Shown: positions 45,985-59,389 of the stretch, in pieces
Position numbering within the stretch: the stretch's first letter is position 1
Layout of the letters: each line of letters opens with the position of its first letter
From: the human T2T-CHM13v2.0 reference genome, Homo sapiens
Assembly: GCF_009914755.1 (NCBI RefSeq)
Contig: NC_060937.1
Reading direction: 5' to 3' (one strand)
DNA length: 64,000 nt
Made by a program: the position numbers and the translations under genes
Notes under the pieces: model-generated
Told to the model about the DNA's origin: nothing
Databases searched by the model: none
Seen by the model: the letters and a program-made list of their open reading frames with translations, nothing else

Positions 45985-47090
45985 CTTATTCATTATTTTA
46001 ACATATACATCCTAAGTGTCTCCTACCTGTGAGGCTTCAAAAGGCAAGCAGACACATTATTTGCCCTATGTCACAGAGGAGATAGTAAATGAAACAATTA
46101 AATATTTTTAACTTGTCAAATATTGTTAGTGTTTGAAGTAAATGAACATGGTAATGTAATGTTTTGTTACCTCTGAGAAGTTATATTTAATTCTGAGACT
46201 TTAAGAATCTGAAGTCTAATGAGTGAATTAGGCAAAGGCAGACACTCAAACGATGGCCTAAGGATGGGAAGCAGATGAGAATTTGGTAAGAAGTGACAGA
46301 GGACCAGTGAGATTGGAATATAAGAGGGCGCTTTGGTTGACTTCGCTGAAGTTACAGTTCTAAACTCTCAGTTTTTTAAAACAATGAAAATTACTTGTAG
46401 GATTAAATATAGATTAAATGTAGACACTAGGTCAATTGTATGTCTGATCCAAGATAGAGGCCTACTGTAGCCTATGCTATGATACCCATCTCTTCCCATT
46501 TTGGAACCCACACTGAAGGTGTCGACACTAAGTGAGAGATGATGTTCTCCTGACCAAAGAAGAAAGAAAAGACTAACCTGAACCAGGTAATCCCATTTGA
46601 AAACCTATTTAAACTTCACTGGGATGCGGTGTACATCATATCTCTCCTTCCTCCAACTGAAGCTAACACACAAAACCAAGCTCAATATTGGGGTAGTGAA
46701 GTTATTTTTTTATAAAGAAAAAAGAGAACAATAAACTGAAATAATAATTCAATCTGTCACAGATGGAGAAGGTGATATGTTATTTGAAAAGGTAAGCAAA
46801 TAATATTACTTAGAAAGTTTTGAAGCTATGGAAAGATTTTACACTTGAAAACCAAAGATGAGTATTAAAGAAAATGGCATAATATAATTTACATCACAAA
46901 ATAGTAACCCAGATTAACATGTGAAGAATTTATTACAGTTAGGCAACCAGAAGAGCAGAGAAACTTGTTCGGTGACTGTGAAAGCACCCCCAAAACAAGG
47001 CAGCATAAACTAGGCTAGTGAAAAAAATAGATGAATTTAAGATATACTTTTAAACTGGAATCCAAAATATTTCCTGAAATGTGCTTGATA
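45985..47090 (-). mobile_element. Degraded L2 fragments
   Basis: CATTATTTTAACATATACATCCTAAGTGTCTCCTAC and GACCAGTGAGATTGGAATA motifs; discontinuous. Confidence 0.4.
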
Positions 47091-47559
47091 GCATATTTCT
47101 TGAAGAAATATGTTAATTATATAGATTTCAGATCCACTTCTAGGGCTAAATCCTAGAAAAATCTAAGGAATTGAAGTCATCAAGACCTGTTAATCTGGGG
47201 TTCATGATGTCACTGAAAAGAGGATTTATTGAAACTCCTTATAATAAAACTTTAAACTCTTCTATTCTATTATCTCACCCCTGGCTGGATGCAGAGCTGC
47301 AGATTAAGGGGAATTTAGTATGTAGAATTGCACTTACCTTTCCTATTTTCAGAGGTACATCTAACTCAAAGAGTTACCAGGTGCAGCTGAGGTTGAGAGT
47401 GAGACACATTAACGAAAACTTAGAGGAGTATGTGACAGTCAGGTTACTGAAGGCCAAAACCCCCAAATCCCTTCCAATATTTTATTCCTCAATCATTGTG
47501 GTCAACTTTATATACCCCAAGTATGAGATTGGAAAGATTCTTGCTTCAGAAATTTGCAC

Positions 47560-49510
47560 TATACAAAGGAAGAAAGATTTCAAAAAGTACTGACAGTTGG
47601 GAATCAAAATATCGACAGTTGGCAGTCACTTTTCCCACAAAAATTGAAATGGCTGGATTTTTTTTCTCAATAACACTGGAGAAAGAAAGGTCCATCCGGT
47701 GAAACCATGGCTATACAAGTGCAGGAGGTTTGATTGCTTTGTTTAATAATTTGGAACAAATACTATTTAGTAGAAGAAGTACTAAACAGCCAAATAGACA
47801 AAGTAAACTGGTTGACTGACATTAGCAGTTTATGTCACTGGCCCCCCAAGTACTGGCACAATGAGCACATGAACAAAGTAGTCACGCTGAGAGAGATTGA
47901 TTCTATATGTTGGCCCAACAACTTAGACTTACTGATGCAACTATGATTAATGCCAATTGTATAATCTGCTAGCAACAAAGAACAATGTTGTGCCTATAAT
48001 TTGAATAGGTATCACAGGCTTGAAACCTCAATAGGCACTTGATGGCAGGTTAACTATGTTGGTCACCTTGCATTCTGAAAAAGTCAGAAATGTGTTCTCA
48101 CAAAACTAGACACATATTATGAATATCAGTTTGCCTTATCTGCCCATAGAACTTCAGTTAATATCACCATGTTAAGGATTAGTCCTTGTTTATCCCATGG
48201 ACATGGGGTGCCACATAATCAGATCAGTGGACCCACTATACAGTGGTAAGGTTTTAGGATGGCTCATGTCCCTGGGATTTACTGACAGTATCACATCCAC
48301 ACTACTCAGAAGCTTCTGGACTTCTGAGTGTTGGATTGCCTTATTGAAAGCACAGATAAGCTCCAACTCAGAGGCAATACTCAATTAGGATATACTGCCG
48401 TTGTCTATGCAGTATATTAAATGAAATGAAAATCCATGTATTAAATGAAAGATTGCTGCTGTGGTTTGAATGTTTGTATCTCCCCTAAATCCATTTGTTA
48501 AAATCTAACCCCAATGTGATTTCACTAAGATGTGGGCCTTTAGGAGGTAATTAGATCGTGTTGATGAAGCCCTATGAATGGAATTAGTGCTCTTATGAAA
48601 AAGACCAAAGGGAGCTAATTGGCTCATTCCACCATGTGAGGATGCAGCAAGAAAGTGTCCTCTATGATGGACAGATCCTCAGATGACACTCAATCTGCTG
48701 GGACCTTGATTGTGGACTTCCCAGCCTACAAAAGAGAAATCAATTTCCATTGTCTGTAAATCACTCAGTTCATGCTATGCTGCTATGGCAGCCCAAATGA
48801 GCTAGGACAATTACTATGTGATGCTGTGTCCCAAACAGGAAGAATATATAGTTCCATGAGCCAAGGGACAGAAGCAGGAATAGCCCCACTTACAACAATT
48901 TCCAATAAATGATTAATGGGCTTTTTGTTTTCTTTCTGCACAACTTTGGGATATGCAGGGTATCAAATGAAAAACATCAAGAATCCCATTGATATATAAG
49001 CCACAGCTGACACCTAGGCACTTTGGGCTTTGTCTCTAGAGACATGAAGGAAAGAAGAGGTTCTAGTGCATTTCAAGAAGTAACTGGTCTTGATAATCAA
49101 TGGAGAGCAAGGCTATTATTACATTTTGGAGATAGGGAGGAAAATATGTTCACATGTAATCTGCTGAAATTTATTATTGTACATGCTTGATTGTGACTAA
49201 ATGGACATGCACAGCAAACCCAACCTGAGAAGAGATTCCACAGGCTCAGGTCACTTTTGTATAAAAGTTTGGGTCATACCACCAGGTAAATCACCAAGAT
49301 AACGAGAGGAAAGAGGATCTGGAATAGATAGTGGAGGGAGGAGATGGAGAATAGTCATTGTTCTTGAGATGACTACAGTGGCAGGAGCTTATTTTGTCCC
49401 CATTAGCTGCATACTTCCAAGTATTCCCTCAGGAAAAGAGCCCCAGGGAATCAGGGAGGAGCTGTACTCAAATGTATATGAAAAAGATCCATATGTCATA
49501 AGGAGTAAAC
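47560..49510 (+). mobile_element. ERVL internal region (integrase to 3' end), decayed
   Basis: Plus strand WQVNYVGHL and LTKLDTYYEYQFALSA (~48040-48145) match ERVL integrase WQVDYIGPL / LTGIDTYSGYGFAFPA; followed by an LTR16-like LTR. Confidence 0.75.
48457..48809 (+). mobile_element. MLT1A-like solo LTR nested in ERVL-int
   Basis: TGCTGTGGTTTGAATGTTTG...GGACTTCCCAGCC...GCAGCCCAAATGAGCTAGGACA; TSD ATTGC/ATTAC. Confidence 0.88.
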
Positions 49511-49511
49511 A

Positions 49512-49920
49512 ATAACAGAGAGCGTCTTCCAGAATCCCCTATAGGGATAACTTGCTTCCCATTTTAGAGATTGCATTCAGTAAGCAGTTTCCAGCTTGCA
49601 GATACTCAGGATCTGCCTCATGTGCAGAGAACCACCTTGCTGCACATCACAATTTCCCTGGCAACTTACACGTAGTAACTGAGTGAAAAGGGGGTAAAGA
49701 GCCAAGCAATTCTGACATGAAACAGGATTACTGTAACAGATGATACTGACTCTAGAACTCCATACAAGAATGGCCTTGGCTAGACTGAGCATTCATCACA
49801 ATTTAACCTCTTACAGTGGCCAATCATGTGCCCTCTTCCCCTTTACAAGTGTTGATCTCTAACAAATATTTTTCATTGCAAACTTTTTCTCAACATCTGT
49901 TTCCAGCAAATCCATGTGCA
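49512..49920 (+). mobile_element. LTR16A/B-like 3' LTR
   Basis: GGATCTGCCTCA...GCAGAGAACCACCTTGC...ACAAGTGTTGATCTCTAACAAA...TCTCAACATCTGTTTCCAG. Confidence 0.65.
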
Positions 49921-50029
49921 GTTTTTACTTTGCATTTCTGTGTATTTTAATTTCTGCCTAAGACTGACTCTTTTTTGAGTGTTTGAGGCAGTTTATGTTT
50001 CATGTATTAGAATCAATAAAAAAATTGCT

Positions 50030-50250
50030 TTTTCTGTCTTTTTAAATTTTATTCTAAATTGATGAATTCTAATTTTATATAAATGGGGCACAATCCAATG
50101 TTATGATTTATTAATACAATTTGAAATAATTAGAGCAAGATAATTTACATGTCAATTGCCTCACTTATCATTTTTTTGTGGTGAGAACATTCGAAATTTA
50201 CTTTATTAGTAACTTTGAAATGTACAACACACTATAAACCCATGTTACCA
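50030..50250 (-). mobile_element. L1MA 3' end fragment
   Basis: TTATCATTTTTTTGTGGTGAGAACATTCGAAATTTACT...TTTGAAATGTACAA. Confidence 0.7.
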
Positions 50251-50612
50251 AAATGCTTGGAATAGTGGTAAATATTTAAATTTCGGCATGTAAAATAATC
50301 ATTTTGGTTATGCTCCTGTCTGGTAATATACAACTCTAGTAATTTTGGTTGGAAAATGTAGATGAACGTAAATAATTAATAAAATGATCTGTAGAGCTGA
50401 ATTTTTCACCTTATTCTTCCAAAATGACTTTATGTGAGTTAAGAATTTGCAATCTATTGGGTTAAAAATGAGACGTAGCAAGCTGCAGAGTAAGTTTTCT
50501 TGCAGAAGGAAAAACACCACCACTGACCCTATCACTCTAAATGGAGGGAAAAATCTGTTTCTGCTGATTCACCTGAGACAGATTATTGGAAGGGGTGCAC
50601 AGTGGATGGAAT

Positions 50613-50614
<2 letters not shown>

Positions 50615-50647
<33 letters not shown>
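50615..50647. repeat. (CA)n microsatellite
   Basis: About 16 perfect units. Confidence 0.95.
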
Positions 50648-50650
<3 letters not shown>

Positions 50651-50690
50651 GAACACAGCATAAAAAATGAGAAGAATAAATATTCTCTCC

Positions 50691-50966
50691 TTTTTAAAAT
50701 TTATTTATTTTTTCCATAAGTTATTGGGGTACAAGTGGTCTTCGGTTACATGAGTAAGATCTTTAGTGGTGATTTGTGAGATTTGGGTGCACCCATCACC
50801 TGATCAGTATATACTGCACCATATTTGTAGTCTTTTATCCCTCCTTCGCTCCCATTCTTCCCCCTCAAGTCCGCAGAGTCCATTGTATCATTCTTATGCC
50901 TTTGCGTCCTCATAGCTTATCTCCTGCATAATCAGTGAGAACATACGATGTTTGTTTTTCCATTCC
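50691..50966 (-). mobile_element. Short 5'-truncated L1PB1-like 3' end
   Basis: GTTATTGGGGTACAAGTGG...GGTTACATGAGTAAG...TTCTTATGCCTTTGCGTCCTCATAGC; TSD ATATTCTCTC (50680-50689, 50968-50977). Confidence 0.88.
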
Positions 50967-52779
50967 TATATTCTCTCTCTTTTTTAATAGTCTTTCTCTT
51001 GTATATTTCCATTGCTTTTTGGAGAAAATTAATATTTCAAAAGCAGTGATTATGATATGGGCACACAGGAGAGACACTGACTAGACTACTTACTGTCTTT
51101 AAGTACACCCTTTGTGCCAGTTGTACACGCATAAAAAAGGTTTTTATGGCTATCATGTGTTACAGCCAAGCCCAGGCCTTATGGCATAAAATGTGTTCTC
51201 TGCATATGAACATCAACAATCTTGACTACAACATGTGGCTGGAAAAATAAACTGGGATTCTGGGATCCTGACTTGCTAATTACATATCTATTTTATGTTT
51301 CATTCTGTCCTAAATTCTGTATGGGAATTTCATAATACATGAGGGGGTGCTTATTATGATAATATTCTTCCTTCTGTTTCTGACAAGACAGTAAATGCTG
51401 TATTGCAAAAGATATACTACTACACAAAACATTTTAAAACATCATAGTTTTTGCATTCTTTGTGAAAAAACAGAGAGATAGGGACTGAAAATCTTTGGCT
51501 ATCAAATTGTGATGTCTAGGCCAATAAAACATATTTAATAATTTCAATTGGAAGAAAAATAAACACATATGTATATATCTTCTAGTAATTTAAGTTTCCC
51601 AAAACATATCCCACTAACTTCATAACTTTATGTTGTGATTCATTGTATTGTGTTCAAATATGAATATGTACTAATTACATATAGTACTAATATATTATAA
51701 AACATACATTTAACTTTTTTATTAAAAGAAGTAATTACTTTGATTCAATATCTTGATTTTAATAGTTCCTTAGAAGGTATTTAAATTATCATTTTTTAAG
51801 CTTTTTGGAATGAATTGAAAGTCAAAATTAAAATATGTCAGAAAGATTTGTATATTTAGATTTGTATGAACGTATATAACCAGTGACTTCTAAAATTTAC
51901 ATGTTTATTTCTTTAAAAACCTAATAGGAATTCATTGAACAGAAGGAAAACCAATTATACAGATTTCAGATTTTTATAACTAGTGGATATCTTCCAATAT
52001 GCAGCCTTTTATAGACACTGCCTCAAGGTTTAAAGATAATGAAGTGGCATTTAGACAATTCATCATTTAACCACCATTTAACCACCACAGTCAATTTCTT
52101 ATTTCAAAGTAGTAAGGATGGGAATAAATATTAATATGTATCATTTATGAACATATATGTATTTGATTTCCTTTTGCAAGTCAAATTCTGTCTGTAGGCT
52201 TTCATTTATTTTCATTAAAATAAATAAAATTATTTTAAGTTAGAGTAGATAGAGCAATGAATAATACTCATTTAACATTTATCATGAGGAGAAAAGGTAA
52301 GTTCAACCAAATTATTGAAAGCTACTGACAAAGTAGCTTGTTTCATTAGTTGCCATAATGAATCTGTCCTACTTAAAATACTTTTATATAAAGTCATTGA
52401 ATTACTCATTATAAAGTTAATCTTCCAAAGACTTGGTCAGTACAACATATAATCTGTGCTTTGAATCTATGGAAAAGTTTATATTCAAGTACCAATATTG
52501 CAAGAATTTAAACAATACAAATATAAATACCCTGTATACATAATTCTCCCTCTTCACACTTTCTCCCTCCTGTCCCAAGAATAACCACCATTTTGACTTG
52601 CAATCTGTCATTCTCAAACATGTCTTTTCACAGTTAAAACATATTTCTGTTTAAAATATATATAACATTTTATGTATCATACTGCATTACTAGATCTGTC
52701 TCAATTAATGTAAGATTTAGAATAGACCAATCATAGTAATGTCTGTGAAAAAAAATGGAACCTTTGATGAATTTGTATA

Positions 52780-53810
52780 CTGAAAGCATCTAGCAGATAT
52801 TAAGTGATTAGTAAATATTTTTTAAAGAAAATAATGATGCTACTCACACATAAATACCCAAGAAAGATAATTTGAAAAGAAAAAAATCCACACAAATAAA
52901 GATACAATTAAGTAACAAAATAGTTTACAAAATATTTTAAAACATCACTACCTGATGAGAAAATAATGAAAGAAAATAATAATTTTCAGCAGTACAAAAC
53001 ATCAAATATCGAAAAATAAATTATATAAGAACGTGCAGTAATTATAGTAAATGAAGCAAAATTTCAAATATCCTTGAAATGGTAGCACACACAAATTATA
53101 GGACAAACAATTTCAAGATCAGGAAAACTCAAAATCATAAAGATGTCAAAGATCTTAAGTCCAACTATAAATTTAATATAACTGTGGTCAATATATTGAC
53201 ATTAATATTCCCAAGAAATAGAAAATATGAAGCTAAAATTTTTGTGTTTAGTTAAATAAATATGTATATCCAGGGAAATTCTAATTGAGAAATAACACAA
53301 GAAAAAACATGCTATCCAGATATTGAATTGGATGACAAAACATCAATAATTAAACCATGTCACTATGGCCCATAAAGACACTCTTAGTAACAAAACACGT
53401 GTAATGCCCAGAATAAAACCAAAGGCATGGATGAATATAGAATATAAAATTGGTGATGTTACAAATCAGTAGAATCAAGTAACGACAAATTATTTATAGA
53501 CAACTTAGCAGACATCTGAAAGTAAGTCAAGATCAAAGAGTGAGTGCCTCATACTTTACAGGGGGATTAATTCTAAATATATCAAACAATAAACCATACA
53601 AAAGGAATGAAAGATGTGAGCATTTTAATTACATATTCTAAGTTGTAGTATTTTTTAATCATTACAGAATGCTTGGTTTCAAAGAAAATTGCACTGAATG
53701 GAATTAAACAGGGAAAGATGTATTCAAGACTATTCCAATATGAGTCAAAATATTGCAATGAGGGAGTGAGAGTGGACTTAATTCTGCCAAAGCAAAAGGC
53801 AAAAGAGGAA
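52780..53810 (+). mobile_element. Old L1M ORF2 fragments
   Basis: A-rich; CATAAAGATGTCAA, TGCTATCCAGATATT and CCTCATACTTTAC...ATTAATTC motifs. Confidence 0.5.
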
Positions 53811-53814
53811 GGTG

Positions 53815-54133
53815 TTTTTTTTGTTGTTTTTTTTGTTTTGTTTTGTTTTTGAGACGGAGTTTTGCTCTTGTTGCCCAGGCTGGAGTGCAATGGCACGATC
53901 TCGGCTCACTGCAACCTCCACCCCCGGGTTCAAGTGATTCTCCTGCCTCAGCCTCCTGAGTAGCTGGGATTACAGGCACCTGCCACCACGCCTAGCTAAT
54001 TTTTTGTATTTTTAGTAGAGATGGGGTTTCACCATGTTGGCCAGGCTGGTCTTGAACTCCAGACCTCAGGTGATCCACCCACCTCGGCCTCCCCAAGTTC
54101 TGGGATTACAGGCGTGAGCTACCAAGTGGGACC
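53815..54133 (-). mobile_element. Alu (AluSq-like)
   Basis: GAGACGGAGTTTTGCTCTTGTTGCCCAGGCTGGAGTGCAATGG...CCTCAGGTGATCCACCC. Confidence 0.95.
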
Positions 54134-54638
54134 AGAGGAAAAGTTTAAAGCACTGCTGTGAGCTAGGGGTGGCTCAACCCTAGAGGATGTTAGGCCAATG
54201 TGACAGGCCATGTGTTTGCTAATGGTGCTTAATGAGATTAATCTCATCCCTGTGAGACTGAAAGATAGGGCACTTTTTTTTAATTCTATTTTTATTTTTA
54301 ATTATTATGGGTACATAATAATTGTATATATTTATAAGGTAAATGTAACTTCGGATACAGTCATACAATGTGAAATCATCAAATTAGGGGAATTGGTGTA
54401 TCCACATGCAGCATTTATCATTTCTTTGTGTTGGGAACATTACAATTCCAATCTTTTTGTCATTTTAAAATATACAATAAAATATTTTAAGTATAGTCAT
54501 ACTGTGCCACCAAATACCAGATCTTATTCACTCTATCAACTGTATTTTTGTACCCTTTAACCATCCCCACTTTGTCTCCCCCTTTCTGTTATCCTTCCCA
54601 GCCTTTGCTAACCACCATTCTCCTCACTATGTTTATGT

Positions 54639-54649
54639 ATTCTTTCTTT

Positions 54650-54685
<36 letters not shown>

Positions 54686-54858
54686 TTCTTTCTTTTTTTC
54701 TTTCTCTCTTTCTTTCTTTTTCTTTCTTTCCTCCTTTCCTTGTTTCTTTCTTTCTCTTTCTCTTTTCTTCCTTCCTTCCTTCCTCTTTTTCTTTCTTTCT
54801 TTTTTCTTCTTTCTCTTTCTTTCTTTCCTTCTTTCTTTCTTTCTTTACTTTCTTTCTT

Positions 54859-54893
<35 letters not shown>

Positions 54894-54968
54894 CCTCCTT
54901 CCTTCCTTTCTTTCCTTCCTCCTTCCCTCCCTCCCTTCCTTCCTTCCTTCTTTCTTTCTTTTTTTTTT
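54639..54968. repeat. (TTTC)n/(TTCC)n polypyrimidine tract
   Basis: About 330 bp, almost purely C/T, at the AluJ tail. Confidence 0.95.
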
Positions 54969-55258
54969 GGAGAAGATGGGGTAAGGAGCGATGTCACTCT
55001 GTCACCCAATCTGGAGTGCCGTGGTGTGATCATGGCTCACTGCACCCTTAACCTCCCAGATTCAATACTCCTACCGCTTCGCCTCCCCAGTAGCTGCGAT
55101 TACAGGCACATGCCATTACGCCTGGATAATTTATTTTTGTTTCTTGTAGAGACAGGGTCTCCCTGTGTTGTCTAGGCTGGCCTCAAATTCCTGGACTCAA
55201 GTGATCCTCCCTCCTCAGCCACCCAAATCGCTGGGATCACAGGCACTGATCCCAGCCC
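54969..55258 (-). mobile_element. AluJ
   Basis: GATCATGGCTCACTGCA, GTAGAGACAGGGTCTC and CCTGGACTCAAGTGATCCTCC are AluJ-type motifs. Confidence 0.88.
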
Positions 55259-56004
55259 ATGGGTTCACTTAAAAAAAAATTTAGCTCCCACATATGAGTG
55301 AGAATATGTGAAATTTGTCCTTCTGTGGCATTTCACTTAACATAATATCCTTCAGTTCTATCTATGTTGTTGTGAATGACAGGATTTAACCCCAGCCCAT
55401 GGGTTCATTAAAAAAAAAAAAATAGCTCCCACATATCAGTGAGAATATGTGAAATTTGTCCTTCTGTGGCTAGCTTATTTCACTTAACATAATATCCTTC
55501 AGTTCTATCTATGTTGTTGTGAATGACAGGATTTATTTTTATGGATGAATCATGTTTCATCGTGTATATGTACCACATTTTCTTTATCCATTTATCCACT
55601 GATGGGTACTCAGGTTGATTCCATATCTCGGCTATTGTGAATAGTGCTGCAATAAACATGAGAATGCAGACAGCAGTTCATCCTACTAATTACCATTATT
55701 TTGTGTATATACCTAGCAGTAAGGCTGCTCTATCATACGGTAGGTCTATTTATAGTTTTTTGAGGACACCCCCAGACTGTTCTCCTTAGTGGTGGTACTA
55801 ATTTACATTCTTATAAACAGCGTAGGGGCTTCCCGTTTTTCCACATCTGCACCAGCATTTGTTATTGTCTGCCTTTGGATAAAAGCCATTATAACTGCAG
55901 TGAAATTATATCTCATTGTAATTTTGATTGGCATTTCTCTGATTATTAGTGATATTCAACTTTTTTATATACCTGTTGGACATTTGTATGTCTTCTTTTG
56001 AGGC

Positions 56005-56215
56005 ACTTCCTTTCTGATGTATATATTTCAAAGTGATGGCTCTCAGGTTCTAAAGAGAGAGGCTTGGAGATAATTTACATTTCAAAGGAGCAGAAATGAA
56101 AAGTACAATTACAAGTTTTCTAAAGCAAATGTTCTAAGAAAAGAGGGATCTAGAGACTAGAGTTAGGAAGAAATATGACTAAAGTTTAGTCAATCTGAGG
56201 GGACCATTAAAGACA
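56005..56215 (-). mobile_element. ERV1 LTR fragment (MER31-like)
   Basis: TTTACATTTCAAAGGAGCAGA...CAAGTTTTCTAAAGCAAATGTTCTAAGAAAAG...CTAAAGTTTAGTCAA. Confidence 0.45.
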
Positions 56216-57169
56216 CGTAAGTCACTCTGATCACTCACTTGACCTCTGGGAACACATGGACTTATCTGTTTTTCCATTTCCATTTCACTTCTGTGGAATG
56301 TTGCAAAAGAAAACAAATTAAGTCTTCTTAATAAGATAAATTTGTGAATTCCAGCTTCTTCTAGAGTGATGTTGTCAGGACTTCTTCTATCATACCTACA
56401 ATTTCTCATTCATGGTGTTTACGATTATAATCTTCTATCACTCTTGTTAGCCTCCATGTAAATGTCTACTGCCACATTGAGAAAAGCAAGTGTGTCCTGC
56501 TGGAAATTTTGGAACTTGATTATTCTTTCCACTTTTTTCTCTTAACACACTCTTATGCAGTTGGGTCTGCACATATCATTCAATCTTTTAAAATTTTAGG
56601 ACTCTTTTCCAAGTTAAAAAATACAAATCTACTATTATTTTCATCTGCTAGAATGGCATTAGATTTTGTAGATTTAATTAAAATATATTTAACAAAATAT
56701 CTTTTTTTGGACTTGTTTCAAACACTGCACAATGTAAATGTTTTTGTACCTTACTTCTCATAGTTAGCATAATCTTATATATATTTCCTGCCTTTGAAAT
56801 TCCACCATGATTCACAATAACATTTTGTCTATTCCTCTTTCATCATTCTGATTATACTATATTATATTGTATGTATTGATATTTTATCTCTTTATAAAAT
56901 TATATATATTAGTATCACTACTATAAATATATGTACATATATATAAAACATCCTTATTTTTAAATATGGTGACGTATAAAATAATCAGGCTACACGTATT
57001 TAATGAATATGTGAGTGGGTTACGCAAAAACATTCTAATAATAGTTTTCATTATTTTTAATCTTGCATAAAGTTTAAAGTCTATGCTAATTAAGTGACCC
57101 CAAATTATTTAACTGTTTGTTTCTCAATGCTTGAATAGATTTGAATCTGTAGTGGGAGGGGAAGAAAGC

Positions 57170-57585
57170 GGTACAGAAAGACAAATATCATATGTACTCA
57201 TTCATGTTGGGAAACTAAACAAAAGTTGGTTTCATGGAGGTGGAAAGTAGAATGATAGCTACCAGAGGCTGGGAAGAATGTGAGTGTGTGTGTGAGGGAG
57301 GTGGGTAAAGAAAGGTTGGTTAATGTGTACAAACATATAGTTAGAAGCAGTTAAGTTCTCATGTTCAGTAGCAGAGTAGAGTGGCTATAGTTAACAACTA
57401 TGTATTCTATATTATAAAATAGTTAAAGTAACTACTTGAAATGTCCTCAACACATAGAAATGATAACTGATCAAGGTGATGGGTCATCTAAATACCCTGA
57501 CATGATCATTACACATTATTCATATACAACAAAATATCACACATACCCAATAAATATGTACAAACATTATGTGTCAATAAAAAAA
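57170..57585 (+). mobile_element. L1MA 3' end
   Basis: ACAGAAAGACAAATATCATATG...TACCAGAGGCTGGGAAG...AAAATATCACACATACCCAATAAATATGTACA...TCAATAAAAAAA. Confidence 0.85.
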
Positions 57586-58835
57586 GGAAAAGTTAAAAGT
57601 TAAGTTCATGAGAAATAATTTTTAATTAATAATTTATTTTTATAATTGTTTTACTTTTGGTGAAATAATAGCTTTTGAATAACATTTTTCAAATGTGATA
57701 TACTGTTATTATGTATATGAATTATTAATTTGCATATGTAATTGATAAAATTTGATAGTAAATAAATTACTTAAAAGTTTCTCAGTAAATAAAGCTATGA
57801 AGTTAAATGTTAACAACTTAATTTTTAATGTAAATTTTAATTTAAATTTTAGTCATTCTTAATCCTGCACTGACTAATAATAGTAAACTGTAAAAATAAA
57901 TAAAATAAAATAAATAGCAAAGAAAACACTAAACATGTACAAAATTTTGGATTGGATTAAACAGTGTCAATATAAATGGATCATAAGTGGAGAGATCATG
58001 ATGTGTTGGATTTTTGGAAATCAGGAGTACCAGGCATGTTTGTTTTCATAACAGCTAAATTTTGATGTCACATATAAAAAACATTCTCTGATTTAAATTG
58101 ACAGGATGTTATTTTTGTAGCACTCTGGGCCATTTTAATACCTCTTTTCTGTGAGCCCACAGAAAAGAAGCTAATGTTTATGTGATAAAATAAACCATAT
58201 GTAAAATATTGTATCAAGGATCTTTTCAACCATATTTAAGTGTCTATCCTTTAACATGCTTCCATTTCTAGGTGAACTGATGCCTTTGGAAAATTATTTT
58301 GAATTTTAAAAAAATGGAAAAAAAAATTAAGTAATGCTGAATATAGTTGAATCTCAACAGAAAAGTTGATTGGCATTGGAGGAAAAGCAGATATCAAGTT
58401 CACTCACACAAGCATTATTTTATAAAGATACACTGCACTTATTTTTTCACTAATGCATATTTGTATGGTTTATTGAATGGTGGAAATTAACTTATTACTT
58501 TTTATAAAACTACCTGTTGCTATATTACTAATTTTATTTTATTGTTAATAAGTTTCTATTGATGCATTGAAACTATTATGTATATAAATATAGTAATTTT
58601 CACATTACATTAGTAATGCCATTATCTTATGGTGTCTATACTTTTGGACTTGTACCCCAACAGCCTTTGGAATATGAAAAGATTAAAATAAAAATAAAAA
58701 TATTTATTAAGTTAAATAAAAATAAAATTAATCTTTGTATTACATAGTTTTCTCCTTCAGATATACATTTTATACAAATATTTTCTTTCTATAATGATTA
58801 TAGATTTTCCAAATGTACCTGTCACTGTGTATATA

Positions 58836-58881
58836 CTCTCTCTCTCTGTGTGTGTGTGCATGTGTGTGCGTGTGTGTGTGT
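58836..58881. repeat. (CT)n(GT)n microsatellite
   Basis: Directly visible. Confidence 0.9.
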
Positions 58882-59389
58882 AGTGAATTTGGGATTCGTT
58901 ATATCTAAAATATTTCTAAATTTATTTAAATTTAATATATTTAAAATTTTCCATTTAAATTTATAAATTTTAAGAAAATTTTATATTTTACATATTTTTA
59001 AACAAGCTTCAATCTTTACCTATTTTGTTAGTTAAAGTTTTAGCTTTTTCACTGCTATGTTTAGAAAGTTAGCTTTATAGTCTGAATAGTGCTCTCTTTA
59101 CCCATTCTCCATTTCGACTTTTTAAACTAATGCAAATTGATATTTTTTTTTCCCGTCAGTTTTTAGAAAAAGTGAAATAAGAAATTAACAATTACTTTCA
59201 AAATGCTCCTTTTAGTTAGATTTTTATTTTTGGAAGATCTGTGATGCCATCTTTTGAATATGTACATTTGTCTGAGAATTGTTTTCACATCCTTGGATAA
59301 TTATATAATAATCTCATAATAATAATTATATAATAACATGTATATATACTATCTACGTGTTACATGACATGTTAATAGTTTCACATTCA

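Larger units (their letters stand above)
54273..56002 (-). mobile_element. L1MA (MA2-4-like) 3' region, interrupted by AluJ
   Basis: TTATGGGTACATAATA...CATTTATCATTTCTTTGTG; resumes after the Alu with TAGCTCCCACATATGAGTGAGAA to TATGTCTTCTTTTGAG. Confidence 0.85.

Noticed and set aside
47171-47593. 140-aa ORF
   Set aside because: Non-ATG start, no recognisable domain, adjacent to decayed ERVL sequence.
54548-55051. 167-aa F/L/S-rich ORF resembling a membrane protein
   Set aside because: Translation of the (TTTC)n tract; the same applies to 62817-63089, 18875-19060 and 21566-21897.
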